Assembly: GCA_964016885.1 (NCBI GenBank)
Contig: OZ024743.1
Location: 236,840,001-236,904,000, forward strand
Direction of reading: 5' to 3'
Length of the DNA stretch: 64,000 nucleotides
From: Eledone cirrhosa
Taxonomy: Eukaryota
Shown: piece after piece, positions 12,701 through 26,800 of the stretch
Position numbering within the stretch: the stretch's first letter is position 1
Layout of the letters: every line of letters starts with the position of its first letter
The notes under the pieces: model-generated
Seen by the model: only the letters and a program-made list of their open reading frames with translations
Database searches by the model: none
Told to the model about the DNA's origin: nothing
Made by a program: the position numbers and the translations under genes

Positions 12701-15700
12701 TACAGCATTGATTAGTCTGTCTAAGTCTAAAGTCTGTCTTATTATAAACAGTTACAGTACTGATTAGTCTGTCTAAGTCTAAAGTCTGTCTCATTATAGA
12801 CAGCTACAGTATTGACAATTCTGTCTAAGTCTAAAGTCTGTCTTGTTATAGACAGCTACAGTATTGATTAGTCTGTCTAAGTCTAAAGTCTGTCTTGTTA
12901 TAGACAGTTACAGTATTGATTAGTCTGTCTAAGTCTAAAGTCTGTCTTATTATAAACAGTTACAGTACTGATTAGTCTGTCTAAGTCTGAAGTCTGTCTT
13001 ATTATAGACAGCTACAGTATTGCCAATTCTGTCTAAGTCTAAAGTCTGTCTTGTTATAGACAGCTACAGTATTGATTAGTCTGTCTAAGTCTAAAATCTG
13101 TCTTATTATAGACAGCTACAGTATTGATAATTCTGTCTAAGTCTAAAGTATGTCTTGTTATAGACAGCAACAGTATTGATTAGTCTGTCTAAGTCTAAAG
13201 TCTGTCTTATTATAGACAGCTACAGTATTGATAATTCTGTCTCAGTCTGAAGTCCGTCTTGTTATAGACAGCTACAGTATTGATTAGTCTGTCTAAGTCT
13301 AAAGTCTGTCTTATTATAGACATCTACAGTATTGACAATTCTCTCTAAGTCTAAAGTCTGTCTTATTATAGACAGCTACAGTATTGATTAGTCTGTTTAA
13401 GTCTAAAGTCTGTCTTGTTATAGACAGCTACAGTATTGATTAGTCTGTCTACGTCTAAAGTCTGTCTTGTTATAGACAACTACAGTACTGATTAGTCTGT
13501 CTAAGTCTAAAGTCTGTCTTATTATAGACAGCTACAGCATTGATTAGTTTGTCTAAGTCTAAAGTCTGTCTTATTATAGACAGCTACAGTATTGATTAGT
13601 CTGTCTAAGTCTAAAGTCTGTCTTATTATAGACAGTGACAGTACTGATTAGTCCGTCTAAGTCTAACGTCTGTCTTATTATAGAAAGCTACATTATAGAC
13701 AATTCTGTCTAAGTCTAAAGTCTGTCTTGTTATAGACAGCTACAGTATTGATTAGTCTGTCTAAGTCTAAACTCTGTCTTATTATAGACAGCTACAGTAT
13801 TGATAATTCTGTCTCAGTCTGAAGTCCGTCTTGTTATAGACAGCTACAGTATTGATTAGTCTGTCTAAGTCTAAAGTCTGTCTTATTATAGACAGCTACA
13901 GTATTGACAATTCTCTCTAAGTCTAAAGTCTGTCTTATTATAGACAGCTACAGTATTGATTAGTCTGTCTAAGTCTAAAGTCTGTCTTGTTATAGACAAC
14001 TACAGTATTGATTGGTCTGTCTAAGTCTAAAGTCTGTCTTATTATAGACAGCTACAGTATTGACAATTCTGTCTAAGTCTAAAGTCTATATTATTATAGA
14101 CAGCTGCAGTATTGATTAGTCTGTAAAAATCTAAAGTCTGTATTATAGACAGTTACAGTATTCATTAGTCTGTCTAAGTCTAAAGTCTGTCTAGTTATAG
14201 ACAGCTACAGTATTGACAATTCTGTCTAAGTCTAAAGTCAGTCTTGTTATAGACAGCTACATTATTAAATAATTTGTCTAAGTCTAAAGTCTGTCTTATT
14301 ATAGAGAGCTACAGTACTGATTAGTCTGTCTAAGTCTAAAGTCTGTCCTGTTATAGACAACTACAGTATTGATTAGTCTGTCTAAGTCTAAAGTCTGTCT
14401 TATTATAGACAGCTACATTATTGACAATTCTGTCTAAGTCTAAAGTCTGTATTATTATAGACAGCTACAGTACTGATTAGTCTGTCTAATTCTAAATTCT
14501 GTCTTGTTATAGACAGCTACGGTACTGATTAGTCTGTCTAAGTCTAAAGTATGTCTTGTTATAGACAGCTACAGCATTGATTAGTCTGTCTAAGTCTAAA
14601 GTCTGTCTTATTATAGACAGTGACAGTACTGATTAGTCCGTCTAAGTCTAAAGTCTGTCTTATTATAGACAGCTACAGTATTGATTAGTCTGTCTAAGTC
14701 TAAAGTCTGTCTTATTATAGACAGTGACAGTACTGATTAGTCCGTCTAAGTCTAAAGTCTGTCTTATTATAGACAGCTACAGTATTGACAATTCTGTCTA
14801 AGTCTAAAGTCTGTCTTGTTATAGACAGCTACAGTATTGATTAGTCTGTCTAAGTCTAAAGTCTGTCTTATTATAGACAGCTACAGTATTGACAATTCTG
14901 TCTAAGTCTAAAGTCTGTCTTGTTATAGACAGCTACAATTTTGATTAGTCTGTCTAAGTCTAAAGTCTGTCTTGTTATAGACAACTACAGTATTGATTAG
15001 TCTGTCTAAGTCTAAAGTCTGTCTTATTATAGACAGCTACAGTTTGACAATTGTGTCTAAGTCTAAAGTCTGTCTTATTATAGACAGCTACAGTACCGAT
15101 TAGTCTGTCTAAGTCTAAAGTATGTCTTGTTATAGACAGTTACAGTATTGATTAGTCTGTCTAAGTCTAAAGTCTGTCTTATTATAGACCGCTACAGTAT
15201 TGACAATAATGTCTAAGTCTAAAGTCTGTCTTATTATAGACAGCTACAGTACTGATTAGTCTGTCTAAGTCTAAAGTCTGTCTTGTTATAGACAACTACA
15301 GTATTGATTAGTCTGTCTAAGTCTAAAGTCTGTCTTATTATAGACAGCTACAGTTTGACAATTCTGTCTGAGTCTAAAGTCTGTCTTATTATAGACAGCT
15401 ACAGTACTGATTAGTCTGTCTAAGTCTAAAGTATGTCTTGTTATAGACAGTTACAGTATTGATTAGTCTGTCTAAGTCTAAAGTCTGTCTTATTATAGAC
15501 CGCTACAGTATTGACAATAATGTCTAAGTCTAAAGTATGTCTTGTTATAGACAGCTACAGCATTGATTAGTCTGTCTAAGTCTAAAGTCTGTCTTGTTAT
15601 AGACAGTGACAGTACTGATTAGTCCGTCTAAGTCTAAAGTCTGTCTTATTATAGACAGCTACAGTATTGATTAGTCTGTCTAAGTCTAAAGTCTGTCTTA

Positions 15701-18700
15701 TTATAGACAGTGACAGTACTGATTAGTCCGTCTAAGTCTAAAGTCTGTCTTATTATAGACAGCTACAGTATTGACAATTCTGTCTAAGTCTAAAGTCTGT
15801 CTTGTTATAGACAGCTACAGTATTGATTAGTCTGTCTAAGTCTAAAGTCTGTCTTACCATAGACAGCTACAGTATTGACAATTCTGTCTCAGTCTAAAGT
15901 CCGTCTTGTTATAGACAGCTACAGTATTGATTAGTCTGTCTAAGTCTAAAGTCTGTCTTATTATAGACAGCTACAGTATTGACAATTCTGTCTAAGTCTA
16001 AAGTCTGTCTTGTTATAGACAGCTACAGTTTTGATTAGTCTGTCTAAGTCTAAAGTCTGTCTTGATATAGACAACTACAGTATTGATTAGTCTGTCTAAG
16101 TCTAAAGTCTGTCTTATTATAGACAGCTACAGTATTAACAATTCTCTCTCAGTCTAAAGTCTGTCTTATTATAGACAGCTACGGTATTGATTAGTCTGTT
16201 TAAGTCTAAAGTCTGCCTTAATATAGACAGCTTCAGTACTGATTAGTCTGTCTAAGTCTAAAGTCTGTCTTGTTATAGACAGCTACAGTATTGATTAATC
16301 TGTCTAAGTCTAATGTCTGTCTTATTATAGACAGCTACAGTATTGATTAGTCAGTCTAAGTCTAAAGTCTGTCTTATTATAGACAGCTACAGTATTGCTA
16401 ATTCTGTCTAAGTCTAAATCTGTCTTGTTATAGACAGCTACAGTATTGATTAGTCTGTCTAAGTGTAAGATCTGTCTTATTATAGACAGCTACAGTATTG
16501 ACAATTCTGTCTAAGTCTAAAGTATGTCTTGTTATAGACAGCTACAGTATTGATTAGTCTGTCTAAGTCTAAAGTCTGTCTTATTATAGACAGCTACAGT
16601 ATTGATAAGTCTGTCTCAGTCTGAAGTACGTCTTGTTATAGACAGCTACAGTATTGATTAGTCTGTCTAAGTCTAAAGTCTGTCTTATTATAGACAGCTA
16701 CACTATTGACAATTTTGTCTAAGTCTAAAGTCTGTCTTGTTATAGACAGCTACAGTATTGATTAGTCTGTCTAAGTTTAAAGTCTTTCTTATTATAGACA
16801 GCTACAGTACTGTTTAGTCTGTCTAAGTCTAAAGTCTGCCTTAATATAGACAGCTACAGTACTGATTAGTCTGTCTAAGTCTAAAGTCTGTCTTGTTATA
16901 GACAGCTACAGTATTGATTAGTCAGTCTAAGTCTAAAGTCTGTCTTATTATAGACAGCTACAGTATTGACAATTCTGTCTAAGACTAAAGTCTGTCTTGT
17001 TATAGACAGCTACAGTATTGATTAATCTGTCTAAGTTTAAAGTCTGTCTTGTTATAGACAGCTACAGTATTGATTAGTCTGTCTAAGTCTAAAGTCTGTC
17101 TTGTTATAGACAACTACAGTATTGACAATTCTGTCTAATTCTAAAGTCTGTATTATTATAGACAGCTACAATATTGATTAGGCTGTTTAAATCTAAAGTC
17201 TGTATTATTATAGTCAGTTACAGTATTAATTAGTCTGTCTAAGTCTAAAGTCTGTCTTGTTATAGACAGCTACAGTATTGACAATTCTGTCTAAGTCTAA
17301 AGTCAGTCTTATTATAGACAGCTACATTATTGGTTAGTCTGTCTAAGTCTAAAGTCTGTCTTATTATTGACAGCTACAGTACTGATTAGTCTGTCTATGT
17401 CTAAAGTCTGTCTTGTTATAGACAGTTACAGTATTGATTAGTCTGTCTAAGTCTAAAGTCTGTCTTATTATAGACCGCTACAGTATTGACAATAATGTCT
17501 AAGTCTAAAGTCTGTCTAATTATAGACAGCTACAGTACTGATTAGTCTGTCTAAGTCTAAAGTCTGTCTTGTTATTGTCAACTACAGTATTGATTAGTCT
17601 GTCTAAGTCTAAAGTCTGTCTTATTATAGACAGCTACAGTTTGACAATTCTGTGTAAGTCTAAAGTCTGTCTTATTATAGACAGCTACAGTACCGATTAG
17701 TCTGTCTAAGTCTAAAGTATGTCTTGTTATAGACAGCTACAGCATTGATTAGTCTGTCTAAGTCTAAAGTCTGTCTTATTATAGACAGTGACAGTACTGA
17801 TTAGTCCGTCTAAGTCTAAAGTCTGTCTTATTATAGACAGCTACAGTATTGACAATTCTGTCTAAGTCTAAAGTCTGTCTCATTATAGACCGCTACAGTA
17901 TTGACAATAATATCTAAGTCTAAAGTATGTCTTATTATAGACAGCTACAGTATTGATTAGTCTGTCTAAGTGTAAAGTCTGTCATGTTATAGACAACTAC
18001 AGTATTGATTAGTCTGTCTAAGTCTAAAGTCTGTCTTATTATAGACAGCTACAGTTTGACAATTCTGTCTAAGTCTAAAGTCTGTATTATTATAGACAGC
18101 TACAGTATTGATTAGTGTGTATAAGTCTAAAGTCTGTATTATTATAGACAGTTACAGTATTGATTAGTCTGTCTAAGTCTAAAGTCTGTCTTGTTATAGA
18201 CAGCTACAGTATTGACAATTCTGTCTAAGTCTAAAGTCAGTCTTATTATAGACAGCTACATTATTGATTAGTCTGTCTAAGTCTAAAGTCTGTTTTATTA
18301 TAGACAGCTACAGTACTGATTAATCTGTCTAAGTCTAAAATCTGTCTTATTATAGACAACTTCAGTATTGATTAGTCTGTCTAAGTCTAAAGTCTGTCTT
18401 ATTATAGACAGCTACAGTTTGACAATTCTGTCTAAGTCTAAAGGCTGTCTTATTATAGACAGCTACAATACCGATTAGTCTGTCTAAGTCTAAAGTATGT
18501 CTTGTTATAGACAGCTACAGCATTGATTAGTCTGTCTAAGTCTAAAGTCTGTCTTATTATAAACAGTTACAGTACTGATTAGTCTGTCTAAGTCTAAAGT
18601 CTGTCTCATTATAGACAGCTACAGTATTGACAATTCTGTCTAAGTCTAAAGTCTGTCTTGTTATAGACAGCTACAGTATTGATTAGTCTGTCTAAGTCTA

Positions 18701-20858
18701 AAGTCTGTCTTGTTATAGACAGTTACAGTATTGATTAGTCTGTCTAAGTCTAAAGTCTGTCTTATTATAAACAGTTACAGTACTGATTAGTCTGTCTAAG
18801 TCTGAAGTCTGTCTTATTATAGACAGCTACAGTATTGCCAATTCTGTCTAAGTCTAAAGTCTGTCTTGTTATAGACAGCTACAGTATTGATTAGTCTGTC
18901 TAAGTCTAAAATCTGTCTTATTATAGACAGCTACAGTATTGATAATTCTGTCTAAGTCTAAAGTATGTCTTGTTATAGACAGCAACAGTATTGATTAGTC
19001 TGTCTAAGTCTAAAGTCTGTCTTATTATAGACAGCTACAGTATTGATAATTCTGTCTCAGTCTGAAGTCCGTCTTGTTATAGACAGCTACAGTATTGATT
19101 AGTCTGTCTAAGTCTAAAGTCTGTCTTATTATAGACATCTACAGTATTGACAATTCTCTCTAAGTCTAAAGTCTGTCTTATTATAGACAGCTACAGTATT
19201 GATTAGTCTGTTTAAGTCTAAAGTCTGTCTTGTTATAGACAGCTACAGTATTGATTAGTCTGTCTACGTCTAAAGTCTGTCTTGTTATAGACAACTACAG
19301 TACTGATTAGTCTGTCTAAGTCTAAAGTCTGTCTTATTATAGACAGCTACAGCATTGATTAGTTTGTCTAAGTCTAAAGTCTGTCTTATTATAGACAGCT
19401 ACAGTATTGATTAGTCTGTCTAAGTCTAAAGTCTGTCTTATTATAGACAGTGACAGTACTGATTAGTCCGTCTAAGTCTAACGTCTGTCTTATTATAGAA
19501 AGCTACATTATAGACAATTCTGTCTAAGTCTAAAGTCTGTCTTGTTATAGACAGCTACAGTATTGATTAGTCTGTCTAAGTCTAAACTCTGTCTTATTAT
19601 AGACAGCTACAGTATTGATAATTCTGTCTCAGTCTGAAGTCCGTCTTGTTATAGACAGCTACAGTATTGATTAGTCTGTCTAAGTCTAAAGTCTGTCTTA
19701 TTATAGACAGCTACAGTATTGACAATTCTCTCTAAGTCTAAAGTCTGTCTTATTATAGACAGCTACAGTATTGATTAGTCTGTCTAAGTCTAAAGTCTGT
19801 CTTGTTATAGACAACTACAGTATTGATTGGTCTGTCTAAGTCTAAAGTCTGTCTTATTATAGACAGCTACAGTATTGACAATTCTGTCTAAGTCTAAAGT
19901 CTATATTATTATAGACAGCTGCAGTATTGATTAGTCTGTAAAAATCTAAAGTCTGTATTATAGACAGTTACAGTATTCATTAGTCTGTCTAAGTCTAAAG
20001 TCTGTCTAGTTATAGACAGCTACAGTATTGACAATTCTGTCTAAGTCTAAAGTCAGTCTTGTTATAGACAGCTACATTATTAAATAATTTGTCTAAGTCT
20101 AAAGTCTGTCTTATTATAGAGAGCTACAGTACTGATTAGTCTGTCTAAGTCTAAAGTCTGTCCTGTTATAGACAACTACAGTATTGATTAGTCTGTCTAA
20201 GTCTAAAGTCTGTCTTATTATAGACAGCTACATTATTGACAATTCTGTCTAAGTCTAAAGTCTGTATTATTATAGACAGCTACAGTACTGATTAGTCTGT
20301 CTAATTCTAAATTCTGTCTTGTTATAGACAGCTACGGTACTGATTAGTCTGTCTAAGTCTAAAGTATGTCTTGTTATAGACAGCTACAGCATTGATTAGT
20401 CTGTCTAAGTCTAAAGTCTGTCTTATTATAGACAGTGACAGTACTGATTAGTCCGTCTAAGTCTAAAGTCTGTCTTATTATAGACAGCTACAGTATTGAT
20501 TAGTCTGTCTAAGTCTAAAGTCTGTCTTATTATAGACAGTGACAGTACTGATTAGTCCGTCTAAGTCTAAAGTCTGTCTTATTATAGACAGCTACAGTAT
20601 TGACAATTCTGTCTAAGTCTAAAGTCTGTCTTGTTATAGACAGCTACAGTATTGATTAGTCTGTCTAAGTCTAAAGTCTGTCTTATTATAGACAGCTACA
20701 GTATTGACAATTCTGTCTAAGTCTAAAGTCTGTCTTGTTATAGACAGCTACAATTTTGATTAGTCTGTCTAAGTCTAAAGTCTGTCTTGTTATAGACAAC
20801 TACAGTATTGATTAGTCTGTCTAAGTCTAAAGTCTGTCTTATTATAGACAGCTACAGT
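9127..20858. repeat. Tandem duplication, period 5815 bp (112 monomers minus 9 bp): 9127-14941 and 14942-20756, match continuing to ~20858
   Basis: Markers at offset 5815: gacaattgtg (9231/15046), accat (10041/15856), aagtgtaagatc, gattaggctg, gtaaaaatc, taaataattt. The visible deletions (six of 1 bp, one of 3 bp) sum to exactly 9. Confidence 0.92.
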
Positions 20859-23800
20859 ATTGACAATTCTCTCTCAGTCTAAAGTCTGTCTTATTATAGA
20901 CAGCTACGGTATTGATTAGTCTGTTTAAGTCTAAAGTCTGCCTTAATATAGACAGCTACAGTACTGATTAGTCTGTCTAAGTCTAAAGTCTGTCTTGTTA
21001 TAGACAGCTACAGTATTGATTAGTCTGTCTAAGTCTAAAGTCTGTCTTATTATAGACAGCTACAGTATTGATTAGTCAGTCTAAGTCTAAAGTCTGTCTT
21101 ATTATAGACAGCTACAGTATTGCTAATTCTGTCTAAGTCTAAATCTGTCTTGTTATAGACAGCTACAGTATTGATTAGTCTGTCTAAGTGTAAGATCTGT
21201 CTTATTATAGACAGCTACAGTATTGACAATTCTGTCTAAGTCTAAAGTATGTCTTGTTATAGACAGCTACAGTATTGATTAGTCTGTCTAAGTCTAAAGT
21301 CTGTCTTATTATAGACAGCTACAGTATTGATAATTCTGTCTCAGTCTGAAGTCCGTCTTGTTATAGACAGCTACAGTATTGATTAGTCTGTCTAAGTCTA
21401 AAGTCTGTCTTATTGTAGACAGCTACACTATTGACAATTTTGTCTAAGTCTAAAGTCTGTCTTGTTATAGACAGCTACAGTATTGATTAGTCTGTCTAAG
21501 TTTAAAGTCTTTCTCAATATAGACAGCTACAGTACTGATTAGTCTGTCTAAGTCTAAAGTCTGCCTTAATATAGACAGCTACAGTACTGATTAGTCTGTC
21601 TAAGTCTAAAGTCTGTCTTGTTATAGACAGCTACAGTATTGATTAGTCAGTCTAAGTCTAAAGTCTGTCTTATTATAGACAGCTACAGTATTGACAAATC
21701 TGTCTAAGTCTAAAGTCTGTCTTGTTATAGACAGCTACAGTATTGATTAATCTGTCTAAGTCTAAAGTCTGTCTTGTTATAGACAGCTACAGTATTGATT
21801 AGTCTGTCTAAGTCTAAAGTCTGTCTTGTTATAGACAACTACAGTATTGACAATTCTGTCTAATTCTAAAGTCTGTATTATTATAGACAGCTACAATATT
21901 GATTAGGCTGTTTAAATCTAAAGTCTGTATTATTATAGTCAGTTACAGTATTAATTAGTCTGTCTAAGTCTAAAGTCTGTCTTGTTATAGACAGCTACAG
22001 TATTGACAATTCTGTCTAAGTCTAAAGTCAGTCTTATTATAGACAGCTACATTATTGGTTAGTCTGTCTAAGTCTAAAGTCTGTCTTATTATTGACAGCT
22101 ACAGTACTGATTAGTCTGTCTATGTCTAAAGTCTGTCTTGTTATAGACAGTTACAGTATTGATTAGTCTGTCTAAGTCTAAAGTCTGTCTTATTATAGAC
22201 CGCTACAGTATTGACAATAATGTCTAAGTCTAAAGTCTGTCTAATTATAGACAGCTACAGTACTGATTAGTCTGTCTAAGTCTAAAGTCTGTCTTGTTAT
22301 AGACAACTACAGTATTGATTAGTCTGTCTAAGTCTAAAGTCTGTCTTATTATAGACAGCTACAGTTTGACAATTCTGTGTAAGTCTAAAGTCTGTCTTAT
22401 TATAGACAGCTACAGTACCGATTAGACTGTCTAAGTCTAAAGTATGTCTTGTTATAGACAGCTACAGCATTGATTAGTCTGTCTATGTCTAAAGTCTGTC
22501 TTATTATAGACAGTGACAGTACTGATTAGTCCGTCTAAGTCTAAAGTCTGTCTTATTATAGACAGCTACAGTATTGACAATTCTGTCTAAGTCTAAAGTC
22601 TGTCTCATTATAGACCGCTACAGTATTGACAATAATATCTAAGTCTAAAGTATGTCTTATTATAGACAGCTACAGTACTGATTAGTCTGTCTAAGTCTAA
22701 AGTCTGTCCTGTTATAGACAACTACAGTATTGATTAGTCTGTCTAAGTCTAAATCTGTCTTATTATAGACAGCTACAGTATTGACAATTCTGTCTAAGTC
22801 TAAAGTCTGTCTTGTTATAGACAGCTACAGTATTGATTAGTCTGTCTAAGTGTAAAGTCTGTCTTGTTATAGACAACTACAGTATTGATTAGTCTGTCTA
22901 AGTCTAAAGTCTGTCTTATTATAGACAGCTACAGTTTGACAATTCTGTCTAAGTCTAAAGTCTGTATTATTATAGACAGCTACAGTATTGATTAGTGTGT
23001 ATAAGTCTAAAGTCTGTATTATTATAGACAGTTACAGTATTGATTAGTCTGTCTAAGTCTAAAGTCTGTCTTGTTATAGACAGCTACAGTATTGACAATT
23101 CTGTCTAAGTCTAAAGTCAGTCTTATTATAGACAGCTACATTATTGATTAGTCTGTCTAAGTCTAAAGTCTGTCTTATTATAGACAGCTACAGTACTGAT
23201 TAATCTGTCTAAGTCTAAAATCTGTCTTATTATAGACAACTTCAGTATTGATTAGTCTGTCTAAGTCTAAAGTCTGTCTTATTATAGACAGCTACAGTTT
23301 GACAATTCTGTCTAAGTCTAAAGTCTGTCTTATTATAGACAGCTACAATACCGATTAGTCTGTCTAAGTCTAAAGTATGTCTTGTTATAGACAGCTACAG
23401 CATTGATTAGTCTGTCTAAGTCTAAAGTCTGTCTTATTATAAACAGTTACAGTACTGATTAGTCTGTCTAAGTCTAAAGTCTGTCTCATTATAGACAGCT
23501 ACAGTATTGACAATTCTGTCTAAGTCTAAAGTCTGTCTTGTTATAGACAGCTACAGTATTGATTAGTCTGTCTAAGTCTAAAGTCTGTCTTGTTATAGAC
23601 AGTTACAGTATTGATTAGTCTGTCTAAGTCTAAAGTCTGTCTTATTATAAACAGTTACAGTACTGATTAGTCTGTCTAAGTCTGAAGTCTGTCTTATTAT
23701 AGACAGCTACAGTATTGCCAATTCTGTCTAAGTCTAAAGTCTGTCTTGTTATAGACAGCTACAGTATTGATTAGTCTGTCTAAGTCTAAAATCTGTCTTA

Positions 23801-26800
23801 TTATAGACAGCTACAGTATTGATAATTCTGTCTAAGTCTAAAGTATGTCTTGTTATAGACAGCAACAGTATTGATTAGTCTGTCTAAGTCTAAAGTCTGT
23901 CTTATTATAGACAGCTACAGTATTGATAATTCTGTCTCAGTCTGAAGTCCGTCTTGTTATAGACAGCTACAGTATTGATTAGTCTGTCTAAGTCTAAAGT
24001 CTGTCTTATTATAGACATCTACAGTATTGACAATTCTCTCTAAGTCTAAAGTCTGTCTTATTATAGACAGCTACAGTATTGATTAGTCTGTTTAAGTCTA
24101 AAGTCTGTCTTGTTATAGACAGCTACAGTATTGATTAGTCTGTCTACGTCTAAAGTCTGTCTTGTTATAGACAACTACAGTACTGATTAGTCTGTCTAAG
24201 TCTAAAGTCTGTCTTATTATAGACAGCTACAGCATTGATTAGTTTGTCTAAGTCTAAAGTCTGTCTTATTATAGACAGCTACAGTATTGATTAGTCTGTC
24301 TAAGTCTAAAGTCTGTCTTATTATAGACAGTGACAGTACTGATTAGTCCGTCTAAGTCTAACGTCTGTCTTATTATAGAAAGCTACATTATAGACAATTC
24401 TGTCTAAGTCTAAAGTCTGTCTTGTTATAGACAGCTACAGTATTGATTAGTCTGTCTAAGTCTAAACTCTGTCTTATTATAGACAGCTACAGTATTGATA
24501 ATTCTGTCTCAGTCTGAAGTCCGTCTTGTTATAGACAGCTACAGTATTGATTAGTCTGTCTAAGTCTAAAGTCTGTCTTATTATAGACAGCTACAGTATT
24601 GACAATTCTCTCTAAGTCTAAAGTCTGTCTTATTATAGACAGCTACAGTATTGATTAGTCTGTCTAAGTCTAAAGTCTGTCTTGTTATAGACAACTACAG
24701 TATTGATTGGTCTGTCTAAGTCTAAAGTCTGTCTTATTATAGACAGCTACAGTATTGACAATTCTGTCTAAGTCTAAAGTCTATATTATTATAGACAGCT
24801 GCAGTATTGATTAGTCTGTAAAAATCTAAAGTCTGTATTATAGACAGTTACAGTATTCATTAGTCTGTCTAAGTCTAACGTCTGTCTTGTTATAGACAGC
24901 TACAGTATTGACAATTCTGTCTAAGTCTAAAGTCAGTCTTGTTATAGACAGCTACATTATTAAATAATGTGTCTAAGTCTAAAGTCTGTCTTATTATAGA
25001 GAGCTACAGTACTGATTAGTCTGTCTAAGTCTAAAGTCTGTCCTGTTATAGACAACTACAGTATTGATTAGTCTGTCTAAGTCTAAAGTCTGTCTTATTA
25101 TAGACAGCTACATTATTGACAATTCTGTCTAAGTCTAAAGTCTGTATTATTATAGACAGCTACAGTACTGATTAGTCTGTCTAATTCTAAATTCTGTCTT
25201 GTTATAGACAGCTACGGTACTGATTAGTCTGTCTAAGTCTAAAGTATGTCTTGTTATAGACAGCTACAGCATTGATTAGTCTGTCTAAGTCTAAAGTCTG
25301 TCTTATTATAGACAGTGACAGTACTGATTAGTCCGTCTAAGTCTAAAGTCTGTCTTATTATAGACAGCTACAGTATTGATTAGTCTGTCTAAGTCTAAAG
25401 TCTGTCTTATTATAGACAGTGACAGTACTGATTAGTCCGTCTAAGTCTAAAGTCTGTCTTATTATAGACAGCTACAGTATTGACAATTCTGTCTAAGTCT
25501 AAAGTCTGTCTTGTTATAGACAGCTACAGTATTGATTAGTCTGTCTAAGTCTAAAGTCTGTCTTGTTATAGACAGCTACAGTATTGACAATTCTGTCTAA
25601 GTCTAAAGTCTGTCTTGTTATAGACAGCTACAATTTTGATTAGTCTGTCTAAGTCTAAAGTCTGTCTTGTTATAGACAACTACAGTATTGATTAGTCTGT
25701 CTAAGTCTAAAGTCTGTCTTATTATAGACAGCTACAGTATTGACAATTCTCTCTCAGTCTAAAGTCTGTCTTATTATAGACAGCTACGGTATTGATTAGT
25801 CTGTTTAAGTCTAAAGTCTGCCTTAATATAGACAGCTACAGTACTGATTAGTCTGTCTAAGTCTAAAGTCTGTCTTGTTATAGACAGCTACAGTATTGAT
25901 TAGTCTGTCTAAGTCTAAAGTCTGTCTTATTATAGACAGCTACAGTATTGATTAGTCAGTCTAAGTCTAAAGTCTGTCTTATTATAGACAGCTACAGTAT
26001 TGCTAATTCTGTCTAAGTCTAAATCTGTCTTGTTATAGACAGCTACAGTATTGATTAGTCTGTCTAAGTGTAAGATCTGTCTTATTATAGACAGCTACAG
26101 TATTGACAATTCTGTCTAAGTCTAAAGTATGTCTTGTTATAGACAGCTACAGTATTGATTAGTCTGTCTAAGTCTAAAGTCTGTCTTATTATAGACAGCT
26201 ACAGTATTGATAATTCTGTCTCAGTCTGAAGTCCGTCTTGTTATAGACAGCTACAGTATTGATTAGTCTGTCTAAGTCTAAAGTCTGTCTTATTGTAGAC
26301 AGCTACACTATTGACAATTTTGTCTAAGTCTAAAGTCTGTCTTGTTATAGACAGCTACAGTATTGATTAGTCTGTCTAAGTTTAAAGTCTTTCTTAATAT
26401 AGACAGCTACAGTACTGATTAGTCTGTCTAAGTCTAAAGTCTGCCTTAATATAGACAGCTACAGTACTGATTAGTCTGTCTAAGTCTAAAGTCTGTCTTG
26501 TTATAGACAGCTACAGTATTGATTAGTCAGTCTAAGTCTAAAGTCTGTCTTATTATAGACAGCTACAGTATTGACAAATCTGTCTAAGTCTAAAGTCTGT
26601 CTTGTTATAGACAGCTACAGTATTGATTAATCTGTCTAAGTCTAAAGTCTGTCTTGTTATAGACAGCTACAGTATTGATTAGTCTGTCTAAGTCTAAAGT
26701 CTGTCTTGTTATAGACAACTACAGTATTGACAATTCTGTCTAATTCTAAAGTCTGTATTATTATAGACAGCTACAATATTGATTAGGCTGTTTAAATCTA